From IMG/VR virus record IMGVR_UViG_3300030419_007010, positions 1 through 64,000 of that record: a stretch of DNA of 64,000 nucleotides; one strand, 5' to 3'. This document shows positions 1 to 9,558 of the stretch, piece by piece. How positions within the stretch are numbered: position 1 is the first letter of the stretch; each line of letters opens with the position of its first letter. This DNA comes from a virus. The notes under the pieces were generated by a model. It was not told where the DNA came from, did not search any database, and saw only the letters and a list, made by a program, of their open reading frames with translations. A program made the translations under genes and the position numbers.

Positions 1-473
1 GCATCGTCGGCTACTATATCTTTTCCGACATTTATAGGCTCTTCACCGGGCAGATATTCTGGTGTGCCTCTAACAGTTGTGCCGCCTTCTGGATAATCAT
101 AGTGTTCTGCTATCTTTGTTACGCGGCGAGCGGGCGTAGGTGGATAATGTTCGGACGGAGGCTTTGGGGCCATCACCGCTGCCGGATCTACTTGGTGGCG
201 CCTTCCTTTGCCTCTCAACATCCATCTGGCAGTACCCCATTCTGGCTCGCAGTCAGATGTGTGTTTCCCCTCGGGGCTATGTATAGCATATGCATCGCTA
301 AGGGCTGTAACTAGCGCGCTGAAAGCTGCGGGATTTTCTTTCTGCAGATGATGCATAGTATTCATTATAGAACCCCAGCAGGGGTCTTCGTTCTCATGGA
401 GCAGGAAAGTTTCTTTCTTTTCGTTTAAAACGCCTTTAATAAAGTTCTTTAAATCATCTCGGGAATATTGCAT
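1..473 (-). CDS. Partial (3'-truncated) hypothetical protein, candidate internal head protein; not in the ORF track
   Basis: Manual translation from ATG at 473 (MQYSRDDLKNFIKGVLNEKKETFLLHENEDPCWG...) is open to the window edge. GAGGTG SD and the CTATTTA motif (490-496) lie upstream. Confidence 0.8.
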   Translation of the reverse strand, partial: MQYSRDDLKNFIKGVLNEKKETFLLHENEDPCWGSIMNTMHHLQKENPAAFSALVTALSDAYAIHSPEGKHTSDCEPEWGTARWMLRGKGRRHQVDPAAVMAPKPPSEHYPPTPARRVTKIAEHYDYPEGGTTVRGTPEYLPGEEPINVGKDIVADD

Positions 474-506
474 GTTTCACACCTCTAAATAAATAGCATC
501 TTAAGT

Positions 507-1328
507 TCATGAATCCACTCCTATTTTATTAAATTCTCGATAATTTAAAATATTCTTTGACGGCCTTTTAATTTTTCCATCAATTTCTGAAATATATTTC
601 GAATAGTTTTCCCAATTACTTATATTCCAGTAATAATCAATCTCGACCATTTCTGGTTCCTTAAAGACTAGCGTTTCAAACACTTCTTTCAGACCAAAGT
701 TCTTCGGTTCAGCCCGATATACTTCCGTTGCTTCATATTTCAAATATTTTGTTAATCTTTTGGTTTCTTCGAAGTCAGTTGTAAAACCCAAGTATTCTCC
801 GTCAATTATGCTTTTACCCTTACTTGTCAGCAAAAATGTTTTATCAGAAGAAATATGCCCTCTGTGTTCTCTCAAAAAAGAAACCTTGTAAACGCCATAC
901 GGAAAAGAAATATAGTATTTGTTGGGAGTCAACCACTTGCTCATGCCTCTCGATATTTTCCAAGACATGTAGGCGCCATATAAAACACTCCATCCCAAAC
1001 AATCCCTTTTTGCTCGATCTCTAGGATGAATCGGCACATAGTAAATTGGAATTGGCTTTTGGCTTTCTGATATATTTCTATCGTATTTTCTAAACGCCCA
1101 AACAGGATCTTGTACATAATCGCCCAAACGATAGCGTATAAGCGGTTGCATGTCGTCGTTGCACACAATCCATATTGTTTCGCAGCCAGCGTATGCACAC
1201 TCAAGCACGCTTCTCTCGATAGCAAGATAATCGGGAGCAATAGGCATCAAACAGTCATGCCATGGCATCTTGAAATTAAGTGGCTGTCCCGCGACTGGGA
1301 CAATACCGGCTAAATGAAATCCACTCAT
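507..1328 (-). CDS. Nucleotidyltransferase-like (GT-A/NTP_transferase fold) protein, divergent
   Basis: N-terminal LAGIVPVAG followed by PWHDCLMPI and AGCETIWIV, resembling the start of sugar-phosphate nucleotidyltransferases; the canonical GxGTR is absent. Confidence 0.5.
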   Translation of the reverse strand: MSGFHLAGIVPVAGQPLNFKMPWHDCLMPIAPDYLAIERSVLECAYAGCETIWIVCNDDMQPLIRYRLGDYVQDPVWAFRKYDRNISESQKPIPIYYVPIHPRDRAKRDCLGWSVLYGAYMSWKISRGMSKWLTPNKYYISFPYGVYKVSFLREHRGHISSDKTFLLTSKGKSIIDGEYLGFTTDFEETKRLTKYLKYEATEVYRAEPKNFGLKEVFETLVFKEPEMVEIDYYWNISNWENYSKYISEIDGKIKRPSKNILNYREFNKIGVDS

Positions 1329-2140
1329 TCTTCCAATAATATATCTTTTATACTACGATTGTCAACAACAATATTATTTTTTTCAATATAATCAAGTTTT
1401 TTGACCGCAACTATTTCTCTTTTCCACAATTCTATTTTGATCGGCAGCCAGCGGCCGTCGCCGTTGCCAGTACCTTTTATTTCTGCTTTTTTCATCATAT
1501 CAAGAATTTTTAATCTCGAAATAGAATCTGAATAGTCAACATCGTTTAGTTGCTCCTCCGTCAAGAAGGATTCGCACACAAGATCTTTTTTATCATAATT
1601 TCCGTCAATTCTCCAAGATAAATAAAAGTATATCTTTTTGCAAAAATCTGAATCGTCGGTTAGAAAGTCATATTGGTGCTTCATGCCAGATCTCACATCA
1701 AACCAGTCAAACACTCTATATCCCAAAACTTCAGCAGGCTCTAGATCAAGGCCCGAAACACCTTCGAGGTCAAATAACCTCAAACTCGAAAATCTGGAAA
1801 AATTGCCCCGGGAAAAATTTTTGAATATCGAGATTTTACTTTCCGATTCATCTATTGTCAGAGAGCTAACTTTGTCCCCATACGGCACCTTGCCGGCCAA
1901 AGCCATATCATATATTAGCTTATTACGGACGTCTCTTTTATAGCTGCCCTTCGGAAACGTTAAGGGCCCCAAATTAATATCATGGCTGATTTTGTCGAAA
2001 GCAAAAGAGCAACCATCAGTATTACAGATGAGTACACTATTCGTTTTGTATGCGTAGAAAACAGCATTTAAATCACCTCCAACAACAACTTGTTCATAGT
2101 CATAAGTATGATCTTTTAATTTAACAACCGTCTTCTTCAC
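1325..2140 (-). CDS. Hypothetical protein with Rossmann-like N-terminus
   Basis: YEQVVVGGDLNAVFYA resembles a degenerate dinucleotide-binding beta-alpha start; overlaps both neighbours. Confidence 0.45.
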   Translation of the reverse strand: MKKTVVKLKDHTYDYEQVVVGGDLNAVFYAYKTNSVLICNTDGCSFAFDKISHDINLGPLTFPKGSYKRDVRNKLIYDMALAGKVPYGDKVSSLTIDESESKISIFKNFSRGNFSRFSSLRLFDLEGVSGLDLEPAEVLGYRVFDWFDVRSGMKHQYDFLTDDSDFCKKIYFYLSWRIDGNYDKKDLVCESFLTEEQLNDVDYSDSISRLKILDMMKKAEIKGTGNGDGRWLPIKIELWKREIVAVKKLDYIEKNNIVVDNRSIKDILLEE

Positions 2141-2708
2141 AAGAAATTATTTTTGCCATGCGATGCCATTTGTTAAGAAGCTTTAAATGTTTCGGTGCTT
2201 CTCTGCACCTTCCTCCAGGCTTCTTATATCTGATACCAGTGACCCAGGCAGCAATCCATATTCGACGTTCGCTCCTGTATTTACACTGCTTGACAACCTT
2301 TGGAAGCATCTTAACAATATGTTTCATCCAGGTATCTGCTGCTGAAATAGGATCGGTCCTGTCTGTACCATATATCTTCTCATATATGGGCCACTGTTGA
2401 AGTATCCCTACTGCCATTGGCTTCTTCTTGCTCTTGCTGAACTTTCTGTCACCCTTGGCCTTTGGATTGTACCCAGACTCCATACAAGCTGCCGCTAGTA
2501 TCATGCCTCGTAGTTCGTAAGGCACGTTATACTTCCTTTCTATCTCGACTAGAGACCAGAGAAGCTCCTCATCAACCTTATCGGGCTTTGCATTCTTGCA
2601 TTCTGTTATCGCAAGTTCAACGATAGTGTTATAATCAAGCGCGCTTTCTTCGCAATAAGTCGAAGATGCGACGAGGCTTGTCGCAAGTAATAATATTGCG
2701 GGACTCAC
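2121..2708 (-). CDS. Lytic transglycosylase (SLT/lysozyme-like) with N-terminal signal peptide
   Basis: Motif I AAACMESGYNPKA (catalytic Glu-Ser), motif II AVGILQ, hydrophobic N-terminus AILLLATSLVA. Confidence 0.75.
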   Translation of the reverse strand: MSPAILLLATSLVASSTYCEESALDYNTIVELAITECKNAKPDKVDEELLWSLVEIERKYNVPYELRGMILAAACMESGYNPKAKGDRKFSKSKKKPMAVGILQQWPIYEKIYGTDRTDPISAADTWMKHIVKMLPKVVKQCKYRSERRIWIAAWVTGIRYKKPGGRCREAPKHLKLLNKWHRMAKIISCEEDGC

Positions 2709-2713
2709 TTATC

Positions 2714-2989
2714 CTACTCCTCTAGAACACATAGAATATGATTTTCAAGAATCAGATATTTTGTCTCTTCTCCGACATTTATCTCTTGGACCATTGAATT
2801 ATCTATCACTACACAATCACCAGCGCCGACGAGGAGCTTACAGTCATTTGCGATTCCTAAAATTTTTGCTTTTCCGTGCAAACTCTTGGGTCTGTAATTG
2901 TCCGGTACCAATATTGGAGCCTGTTCATCTTCTTCAGCTTCTACAATAGGCTCAATTGAAATAAAGCGATTTAGTGGTATAACTTCCAT
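2714..2989 (-). CDS. groES: GroES/Cpn10 co-chaperonin (functional analogue of T4 gp31)
   Basis: IPLNRFISIEP...ILVPD...GKAKILGI...VGAGDCVV...YLILENHILCVL matches the Cpn10 pattern; 91 aa. Confidence 0.8.
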   Translation of the reverse strand: MEVIPLNRFISIEPIVEAEEDEQAPILVPDNYRPKSLHGKAKILGIANDCKLLVGAGDCVVIDNSMVQEINVGEETKYLILENHILCVLEE

Positions 2990-4846
2990 TTATCTTATTT
3001 CACATGCACCGCCGGCACATGCTAGTTCTCCTTTCAGATCAGTGTTATCGTCTTCTTCTATAATACTAGATAAATCAACTTTAGTTAAGTTCTCAAACAT
3101 CTTTTCGTAAGTTTCTGATGAACAATCTTCGAACGGCGCTTGCTTATATGTATGTTCATCGTATGGAAGCACTGAAAGTCCGTTGTAACAATCTCGATTG
3201 TCCCACATCCAGTCTCCGACATCGATCCATTCAGCTTCTTTAACTGAAATGGTTGCAGAGACATTGTGACTGTTCTGCCCTCCCCTATGTCCTGGCTTGA
3301 CCCATTTCTCGCTTACATCTTTCACGCGTCGGAGCAACTGAAGCGCGCTTTCAGTTCTCATGATCGCACAGGATGGCGACTTTTGTGGCACAGAAATTAT
3401 AGCAGTGTCATGAGGTCTGAAATATTCATCCTCTATTAATTGTGGGTGATTTTTTACCAAATGTGTGTATATAGCCTCATTCTTTCCGACTCTAATGCGT
3501 CTAATATAATGGTCGTTGTGCCACGCGTGTATTCCGCTAGACGTGCCAAGAACTAGAGAGGTTGTTCCTGCCGGCTTGACGGTAGTACATCTAGCTGATC
3601 GGTTTATACCTATCAGAGCGGCTACTCTCTCATTTTCTTCTTTGACTATCTTTGCGGCGGATGACATATCCATTTCTAGAACTCGTCCAGAAGCAATTCC
3701 GGTCATGCTAACACCGATCAGAGCTTCTTTTTCTGTTGTTCTTCTCCAGACATCTCTCAAGTAGTGAAAGTCTGTGTAGCCAGCTTGCAAAGTTGCAATA
3801 AAAGATGCTGCTTTCGTTCTCTCTTCGTAATCTTTTTGGGATTCAATATTAGAAACGTTAACCTCGACTAAATTGCAAAACTGATAGGGCCTGAGAGCTA
3901 TCTCCGCGCAGGGGTTTGTTCCGTAATCTTTATCATTAGAGAAATAAAACCCTGGCTCTCCACATTTAGAAGCCTTAACTCTTTCCCATAGATTCATAAA
4001 GAAATCTTTCTGGACTCTGTGTCTTAACAGGACAACAGAGTTGTTTGCTCGGCCGCGTTGTGGGTTTGTCTCCCACCAGTTGCCTGTCTTGGACGCTAAC
4101 ATTTCATTATCATCTGCGCTAAAAAGCGAAATGAGCGCGGCTCTTCTAATTCCTCCGGCCAGCACTGCATCAGCAATATGACAAACAACGTCATGCACTT
4201 CTACTGAAGTTAGCTTTTCTCCATTTTCTTTTTCCGACAATATACCTTGCACTTTCACAAGACATTCTCGCAGTGGTTGCGGGCCGGGAGCCTTACCACC
4301 TGACGTCAGAAGTTTCTCTCCTTTTGCTCGGATGTCACTGAAATCAAAGCGAATTTTAGATCCGCCGAAAAAGTAATTTCTAATCAGAGCCTTTACAGCA
4401 TCTGCCCAGCCCTCTATTGAGTCTGCAATAAGAAATCTTCTGCTTCTATTTTCGTTTGGCTTCTGAATCTCTGGTAGTTTTTCTACATGATGTCTTTGGA
4501 CAGAGAACCCAACGCCCGTGCCGCCCAACAGAAGGAACATGACTTCACCAAAAGCGCGCCAGTCGTCAATAGGACAGAAAGCACAATTAAAGATTCTATT
4601 AGGAGCAACTTCAATTGGCTTGCCGCCGAACTGCAAGGAGCGCATTGAGGGTAGCACCTTTTTTTCATAAACAAGCTTATAGTTTTCTTCTATCTCGTTT
4701 TTTAATTCAGGATATTTTTTAATATGCATGCGCATGTTTCTAGTAACAAGCTCGCGCCATGTCTCTCTTCTATTTTTATCCTCAAGATACTTTGCGTATT
4801 TCATGTAAACTGTGATATCTGATAATATCTGACTAGCTAAGTCCAT
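2990..4846 (-). CDS. nrdJ: Class II (adenosylcobalamin-dependent) ribonucleotide reductase, monomeric RTPR-like
   Basis: FNCAF, GTGVGFS, GGIRRAA, catalytic TNPCAEI, VKPAGTTS and a C-terminal redox pair ACAGGAC. Confidence 0.92.
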   Translation of the reverse strand: MDLASQILSDITVYMKYAKYLEDKNRRETWRELVTRNMRMHIKKYPELKNEIEENYKLVYEKKVLPSMRSLQFGGKPIEVAPNRIFNCAFCPIDDWRAFGEVMFLLLGGTGVGFSVQRHHVEKLPEIQKPNENRSRRFLIADSIEGWADAVKALIRNYFFGGSKIRFDFSDIRAKGEKLLTSGGKAPGPQPLRECLVKVQGILSEKENGEKLTSVEVHDVVCHIADAVLAGGIRRAALISLFSADDNEMLASKTGNWWETNPQRGRANNSVVLLRHRVQKDFFMNLWERVKASKCGEPGFYFSNDKDYGTNPCAEIALRPYQFCNLVEVNVSNIESQKDYEERTKAASFIATLQAGYTDFHYLRDVWRRTTEKEALIGVSMTGIASGRVLEMDMSSAAKIVKEENERVAALIGINRSARCTTVKPAGTTSLVLGTSSGIHAWHNDHYIRRIRVGKNEAIYTHLVKNHPQLIEDEYFRPHDTAIISVPQKSPSCAIMRTESALQLLRRVKDVSEKWVKPGHRGGQNSHNVSATISVKEAEWIDVGDWMWDNRDCYNGLSVLPYDEHTYKQAPFEDCSSETYEKMFENLTKVDLSSIIEEDDNTDLKGELACAGGACEIR

Positions 4847-4857
4847 GGCGGTCTCCT

Positions 4858-6216
4858 TTATTGGCTTCGACTTTCTTTGTAAATATTCTTAATCTTCTCT
4901 CTTTGTTTTTTAAGGGCCGTTCGACTGTCTACCTGTTCGATTGTTTCGTCTACAGGTTCAAGCACTTTTATTTTAACCCTTGAAGTGTCCATGAATAATG
5001 GATATATTAAACCATCTGGTCCGTTTCTATTTTTTGCAATGAACATCCTACCAGTATTGTTGTTCTTATTCTCGATTGTTCTTGAGATAGAAAATATAAA
5101 ATCAGCGATGAAGCATTTGTTAAATGCCTCTGAAATAGATTCCATCGTGATGACTTCTGCGTTCAATCCTGACCTATTCGTTTGGGAAGCTGTCCATACG
5201 GGACACTCGTACTCTTGAGCTATGGCTCGGAGTTCTTCATAAATAGATTCTAATTCGTTTCTTTTCTCTCGAAAATTATTTGTTGGTCTCAGGATGTCAC
5301 CGTAGTCAACGATGATCATATCTACCGTCTTATCCTTTCTCTTAAGCTTTTCTAAATGATTACGCAGAGTTCGAGGAGAAGCTGTCTTCGTGGGATATTC
5401 TTTTAGAATTAATTCGCCCTCTACTTCGATACAAGTTTCGTAAACATTTTCTTTTAAAGAGAACAAATCTTTTAAAGGTAAGCCGCTAAGACAGCTATCA
5501 TAACGAAGGCCAACAACTGCCTCGGAAAGCTCAAGAGTATAGTGAACTACATTCTTTCCTCTCTTAAGAGCTTCTGCTCCCAAGTGTACCAGGGCCATGG
5601 ACTTGCCGGCTCCAGTAGGAGCAATAACCACACCAAGCTCACCCTTCCCCAATCCATCCTTGCAAATTTTGTCGATGAGATCCCAGCCAGTAGAGACAGG
5701 ATTGCGCGCTTTTAATTGATACCTTGCTTCAAAATCTTTTTTGTAATCGTGACCGTAATCATTATCCAGTCCTAATTTTGTTGCCTCATCAATAACTGTT
5801 TTAATTTCCTCATAAGAAGAAGTTTCTAATAGATTTACAGATTTAAGAATAGCCTCTTTTAATTTTTGTTTTTTACAGAAATCTAGAGAGGTTGTTTTAA
5901 TATAATCTTCAGCATCAATATTATTTTTATTAATTCTTGTAAAGAAATCGCGGACTTGCTTCTGGATTACTGGGTTTTCTTCTTCCAGTGAAGACCTTAA
6001 GAGCATTGTCAGCGTTTCAGCACTCGGGTGAGTGTCGTATTCTTCTCTATAGTCAAATATAAGCTTTGTAAATACTCTAAGATATTTTAGTTCGAAGAAC
6101 GTCACGTCTAAAACCTCTTGCATCTGATCGCAGAAAGGGCGATCTTCTAAAAGAAGTTGAACTAAAGATTCTTGGAAAAGCTTTCCAAATTTTGAGAAGT
6201 CTACGCTTGAAGTCAT
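4858..6216 (-). CDS. dnaB: Replicative SF4 DNA helicase (DnaB/T4 gp41-like)
   Basis: Walker A APTGAGKS, YTLELSE, Walker B IIVDYGD, WTASQTNR, IAKNRNGP. Confidence 0.92.
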   Translation of the reverse strand: MTSSVDFSKFGKLFQESLVQLLLEDRPFCDQMQEVLDVTFFELKYLRVFTKLIFDYREEYDTHPSAETLTMLLRSSLEEENPVIQKQVRDFFTRINKNNIDAEDYIKTTSLDFCKKQKLKEAILKSVNLLETSSYEEIKTVIDEATKLGLDNDYGHDYKKDFEARYQLKARNPVSTGWDLIDKICKDGLGKGELGVVIAPTGAGKSMALVHLGAEALKRGKNVVHYTLELSEAVVGLRYDSCLSGLPLKDLFSLKENVYETCIEVEGELILKEYPTKTASPRTLRNHLEKLKRKDKTVDMIIVDYGDILRPTNNFREKRNELESIYEELRAIAQEYECPVWTASQTNRSGLNAEVITMESISEAFNKCFIADFIFSISRTIENKNNNTGRMFIAKNRNGPDGLIYPLFMDTSRVKIKVLEPVDETIEQVDSRTALKKQREKIKNIYKESRSQ

Positions 6217-6225
6217 TACATACCT

Positions 6226-6254
6226 ATAGTAATACTATAAGCTCTTATTGTCAA
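6226..6254 (-). promoter_or_regulatory. Sigma70-like promoter of the helicase-RNR operon
   Basis: Minus strand TTGACA (6254-6249), 17-nt spacer, TACTAT (6231-6226). Confidence 0.75.
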
Positions 6255-7200
6255 GAACAATCCGATTAAAGATCTGAAAAATACTGGACCAGTTATACTC
6301 GCCGAAGCCGTCCTGAATCATCATTTTAGTAACCTCTGTTTTATTAAATGTTACTTCCGGCTCCTGGACTGCATCGCGAGTTAGCTTCTTTGCTTTAGGG
6401 CTCAAAAATGGAGAGTATAACTGCATCATTTTATAATTATTTTCCAAGAGTTTGCTATTCTCTGATACATTTTTGTAAGCCTTGAGATCCAACTCCGTGT
6501 TATTACAATAATCAACAACTTCCTTTAAGGAATAAGATTTCTCTTCGCAAAGAAAAGGGAAACGTTTTTTAACGGTAGCCAAGCCAACGTTTCCAACGCC
6601 GGGGAGATTGTCTGATTTGTCTCCAACCATCGCCCGGGCCATTGCAAAATTATTTGGGTGAATACCAAACTTTTCTATTATATTGTTTTTATTAAGGATT
6701 TCTTTTTGTACTGGTCGAATGAGCACGGTGTTATCATCAAGTAGCTGATAAAAATCTTTATCACTTGAGACGATTACCTTCTGCCAGTCTTCGAAATACT
6801 TCAGACCCTTTACGTAAGCAATAATATCATCTGCCTCGATATGCGGGATCATAATTTGTGATACTGGACAGAAGTTAAAATACTCTAGCAATCTCATCTG
6901 TTGCCAGATCTTATTTTCCAACTCTTCGTTCTCGGTGAGATTACGGATCGCGCGGTTCAGCCTCAAAGGCTTACGGCCAGCTTTATAGTCTTTAACCATA
7001 GACTTTCTTCTCTGTGATCCGCCCTCGCCGTCCCAACATATAACTATCCTATCAGGCTTCGTCTCTCTGACAAGCTTCTGAAGAATTTTTAGTGAACCCT
7101 TGAGTCCGCCAATCGGCTGACCGTTTGAAGATAGAGATGGGTCGACTATGTATGCTCTAAAAAACATGTTGAGCATATCAACAATCAATACTCTTTTCAA
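6235..7200 (-). CDS. 5'-3' exonuclease / flap endonuclease (T4 RNase H, PolI N-terminal domain-like)
   Basis: LIVDMLN, CWDG, YKAGR, IEADDII, IVSSDKDFYQL, GDKSDNLPGVGNVG (H3TH). Confidence 0.92.
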   Translation of the reverse strand: MKRVLIVDMLNMFFRAYIVDPSLSSNGQPIGGLKGSLKILQKLVRETKPDRIVICWDGEGGSQRRKSMVKDYKAGRKPLRLNRAIRNLTENEELENKIWQQMRLLEYFNFCPVSQIMIPHIEADDIIAYVKGLKYFEDWQKVIVSSDKDFYQLLDDNTVLIRPVQKEILNKNNIIEKFGIHPNNFAMARAMVGDKSDNLPGVGNVGLATVKKRFPFLCEEKSYSLKEVVDYCNNTELDLKAYKNVSENSKLLENNYKMMQLYSPFLSPKAKKLTRDAVQEPEVTFNKTEVTKMMIQDGFGEYNWSSIFQIFNRIVLDNKSL

Positions 7201-7201
7201 T

Positions 7202-7528
7202 TTATACCTCTGCTGTTATTTTCCTAATTTTTCTAACCTGGAAAGAATAAACTCCGTCGATTCTTCTTGCGCTATCGACAATTTCTTTTACACTTTCCCT
7301 TAGAGTTGGTTGCAGCGAGATAAATTTAATCTTGAGGCGAGTTCTCTGCTTATATAAGCTCAAAGTCTCTGTTGGTTCAGAGTCAACAATGGTGATACCA
7401 CAAACTGATCTAATCTCATTTTGAATATCAGTTAGATTCTTCCGCGTGCTTGAACTCATCAGAGCAACACACTCATAAATCTGGACGTCGACGTCTTCAT
7501 TTAAAAGACTTTCTTGTTGAAGGCTCAT
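7202..7528 (-). CDS. Hypothetical protein, possible ACT/ferredoxin-like fold, late-promoter driven
   Basis: GGAG SD; CTACTTA at 7550-7556; N-terminal LLNE site; alternating beta/alpha pattern (EIRSVCGITIV...RRIDGVYSF). Confidence 0.6.
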   Translation of the reverse strand: MSLQQESLLNEDVDVQIYECVALMSSSTRKNLTDIQNEIRSVCGITIVDSEPTETLSLYKQRTRLKIKFISLQPTLRESVKEIVDSARRIDGVYSFQVRKIRKITAEV

Positions 7529-7563
7529 AAAGCTTTCTCCTACTAATAATAAGTAGTTAGCTT

Positions 7564-8676
7564 TTACTCTTCAAGTTCATAAAAATCTGCTGCTGGAGCG
7601 GTTCTTTCATCGAACTTTAATATAACTTCTTCATCGATAAGTTCCAAAACACGAGTTCGGAACTTCTCATCTTGTAATTTCTCAATCCATTTGGAGGCTT
7701 GGAACTTCTCTGTAGATCCGTCACCGTAGGTAAGAGTGTACCAAGCGCCGCCAGAATTAAGACTCTCTGAACCTTTGATAGCTTCCAGCCAAGACTCCTC
7801 ATCTTGGACACCAACCGCGTCACCCCAAAGAATCTTAAAGCTGCACTGTCTACCTTGAGTTCCAAACCTAGATTTTTCTAGCTTAACTTTGACTTCCGAA
7901 CCTATCCTATATCCTCTATCGTCCATGACAAAGGAGTTCTTAGCTTTGCGGCCGGTGAGCCATACCCGGAGACTATACGTATAGTGCATCGCCTTACCTC
8001 CGGGAGTAAAATAAGGAGTTGTCATAGCTTCTGCTACATTGCTCGTAATATTTGTCTTAAGCTGGTTCAGGACCAGTAGCGTTGCTCCGGCGTTAGCTAT
8101 TGGCTGTACTAGCTTCGCCATACCTTTAGACAAGATCCTCGGCTTCACTGCCATCGAGGAAAGCGGATTGAAATCACCTTCCTGGTCTGCTACAGAGGGA
8201 GTCAGAGCAAGACTGTCCCAAATAAACAGCATCTGGCTCTCATTGCTTCCGAGCAGATCTTCTATTGTTTCCAGCACGAACTCTACGCTATTGGCTTGTA
8301 CATAGAGGAGTCGACTCAAATCACACCCAGCTTTCTCTAGAAAAGTTGGGTCAATGGCTGACTCGCTGTCAAAATATACTACATCAATACCCATCTTCTG
8401 GGCGTTTGCTGCGACCTGTGCAGCCAAAAACGATTTACCAGTTGATTCGAGGCCTGCGATTTCAGACACCTTTCCTACTGGTATGCCTGCATATTCTCCG
8501 CGACATATCATAGAATCTAGCCAGCGAGAGCCGGTCGGGATCCATTCTTTAACCTTTGTTGGATTATCCTCAACAAGATTGTGGGCTACATCAAACCCAA
8601 CTTTACGATTGATAAGCTTTCTCATCTCATCAATGCTTAATCTACCGTTGCTCACTTTTGTCTTACGTTTAGCCAA
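7564..8676 (-). CDS. recA: RecA/UvsX-like recombinase
   Basis: IPTGS, Walker A GLESTGKS, YFDSE, IWDSL, LNQLK, TPGGKAM, GGAWY. Confidence 0.93.
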   Translation of the reverse strand: MAKRKTKVSNGRLSIDEMRKLINRKVGFDVAHNLVEDNPTKVKEWIPTGSRWLDSMICRGEYAGIPVGKVSEIAGLESTGKSFLAAQVAANAQKMGIDVVYFDSESAIDPTFLEKAGCDLSRLLYVQANSVEFVLETIEDLLGSNESQMLFIWDSLALTPSVADQEGDFNPLSSMAVKPRILSKGMAKLVQPIANAGATLLVLNQLKTNITSNVAEAMTTPYFTPGGKAMHYTYSLRVWLTGRKAKNSFVMDDRGYRIGSEVKVKLEKSRFGTQGRQCSFKILWGDAVGVQDEESWLEAIKGSESLNSGGAWYTLTYGDGSTEKFQASKWIEKLQDEKFRTRVLELIDEEVILKFDERTAPAADFYELEE

Positions 8677-8711
8677 TTAAATTTCCCTATTCAAAATGAT
8701 ACAAACTAATT

Positions 8712-8792
8712 ACATAAAGCGGCAGAGGATGGTTGAGAAACCTAGGATATATAAGGGGGAATATATATCTGAATCCCTCTGCCGCTTTATGT
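8712..8792. repeat. Perfect 17-bp inverted repeat enclosing two inner hairpins (three-way junction)
   Basis: acataaagcggcagagg (8712-8728) pairs with cctctgccgctttatgt (8776-8792); inner ggtt-gaga-aacc and gatatata-N8-tatatatc. Confidence 0.85.
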
Positions 8793-8799
8793 TTTTTAG

Positions 8800-9558
8800 C
8801 TATCCAAGTAGTTCTTGGAAAGCCTTGTCTACGGAATTAGTAGACTCACTGGAGTTGTTAGACTGATACTTCGTAGTCTCCGAAGAGGCAGACTCTGCGT
8901 CTCCTTCGTCTCCAAGCAAGAACTCATCGAGCATGCTCTGTACTTCTGCTGGAGTCTTGCGAGAATCCGAGAAAAGCTCGTCGAAATCCGGAACGCTGTC
9001 GAGGAAATCCTTGACTTGCTCCTGATCATCCGACAGAGGACTAGAGCGCCGGCGAGGAGTGATGGTTGTCTGCGGGAACTGTGCTCCCGGTGGCTTGCCG
9101 TAGGTAATAACCAAGTCGGTGCCAGACTCCACATCAGTAATATCGCCATAGTCAGGATTTAATACTAGCTGTAACAGCTCTTGGTAGGCAGTACGACCAA
9201 ACCCCCATGCCTTGACGCCCTCTTTCTCCTGGCCGCGTACAACGACAGGCGCAAAGAAACGCTGGCGAGCATTCAAAGACTTTGCCATCTTGATACTCTC
9301 GTCGTCTCCCTGTTGATAGAGGCTGCGCACGAAGTCATCCAGCGGGCATTGCTCGCCGAAGTTCTTCTTCGGGCTCAAGAATGCTGGGTTCTTGCCTACA
9401 TTGTAGTGGAACCAGAACTCCTTGAACGGGTCGCCGTCAGCAGTAGGAACAATACGAATAGTCGTATCTCCGTCCTGTGGCTTCCAGAAATTGTTCTTGT
9501 TTCCGTTGTTGTTCAAAGCTGCTAGCTTTGATTTCATCTTATTTAAATCGATTCCCAT
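8800..9558 (-). CDS. Single-stranded DNA-binding protein (T4 gp32-like)
   Basis: FWKP...TTIRIVP...PFKEFWFHY, WGFG, YGDITD...GTDL and an acidic C-terminal tail ending DKAFQELLG. Confidence 0.85.
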   Translation of the reverse strand: MGIDLNKMKSKLAALNNNGNKNNFWKPQDGDTTIRIVPTADGDPFKEFWFHYNVGKNPAFLSPKKNFGEQCPLDDFVRSLYQQGDDESIKMAKSLNARQRFFAPVVVRGQEKEGVKAWGFGRTAYQELLQLVLNPDYGDITDVESGTDLVITYGKPPGAQFPQTTITPRRRSSPLSDDQEQVKDFLDSVPDFDELFSDSRKTPAEVQSMLDEFLLGDEGDAESASSETTKYQSNNSSESTNSVDKAFQELLG

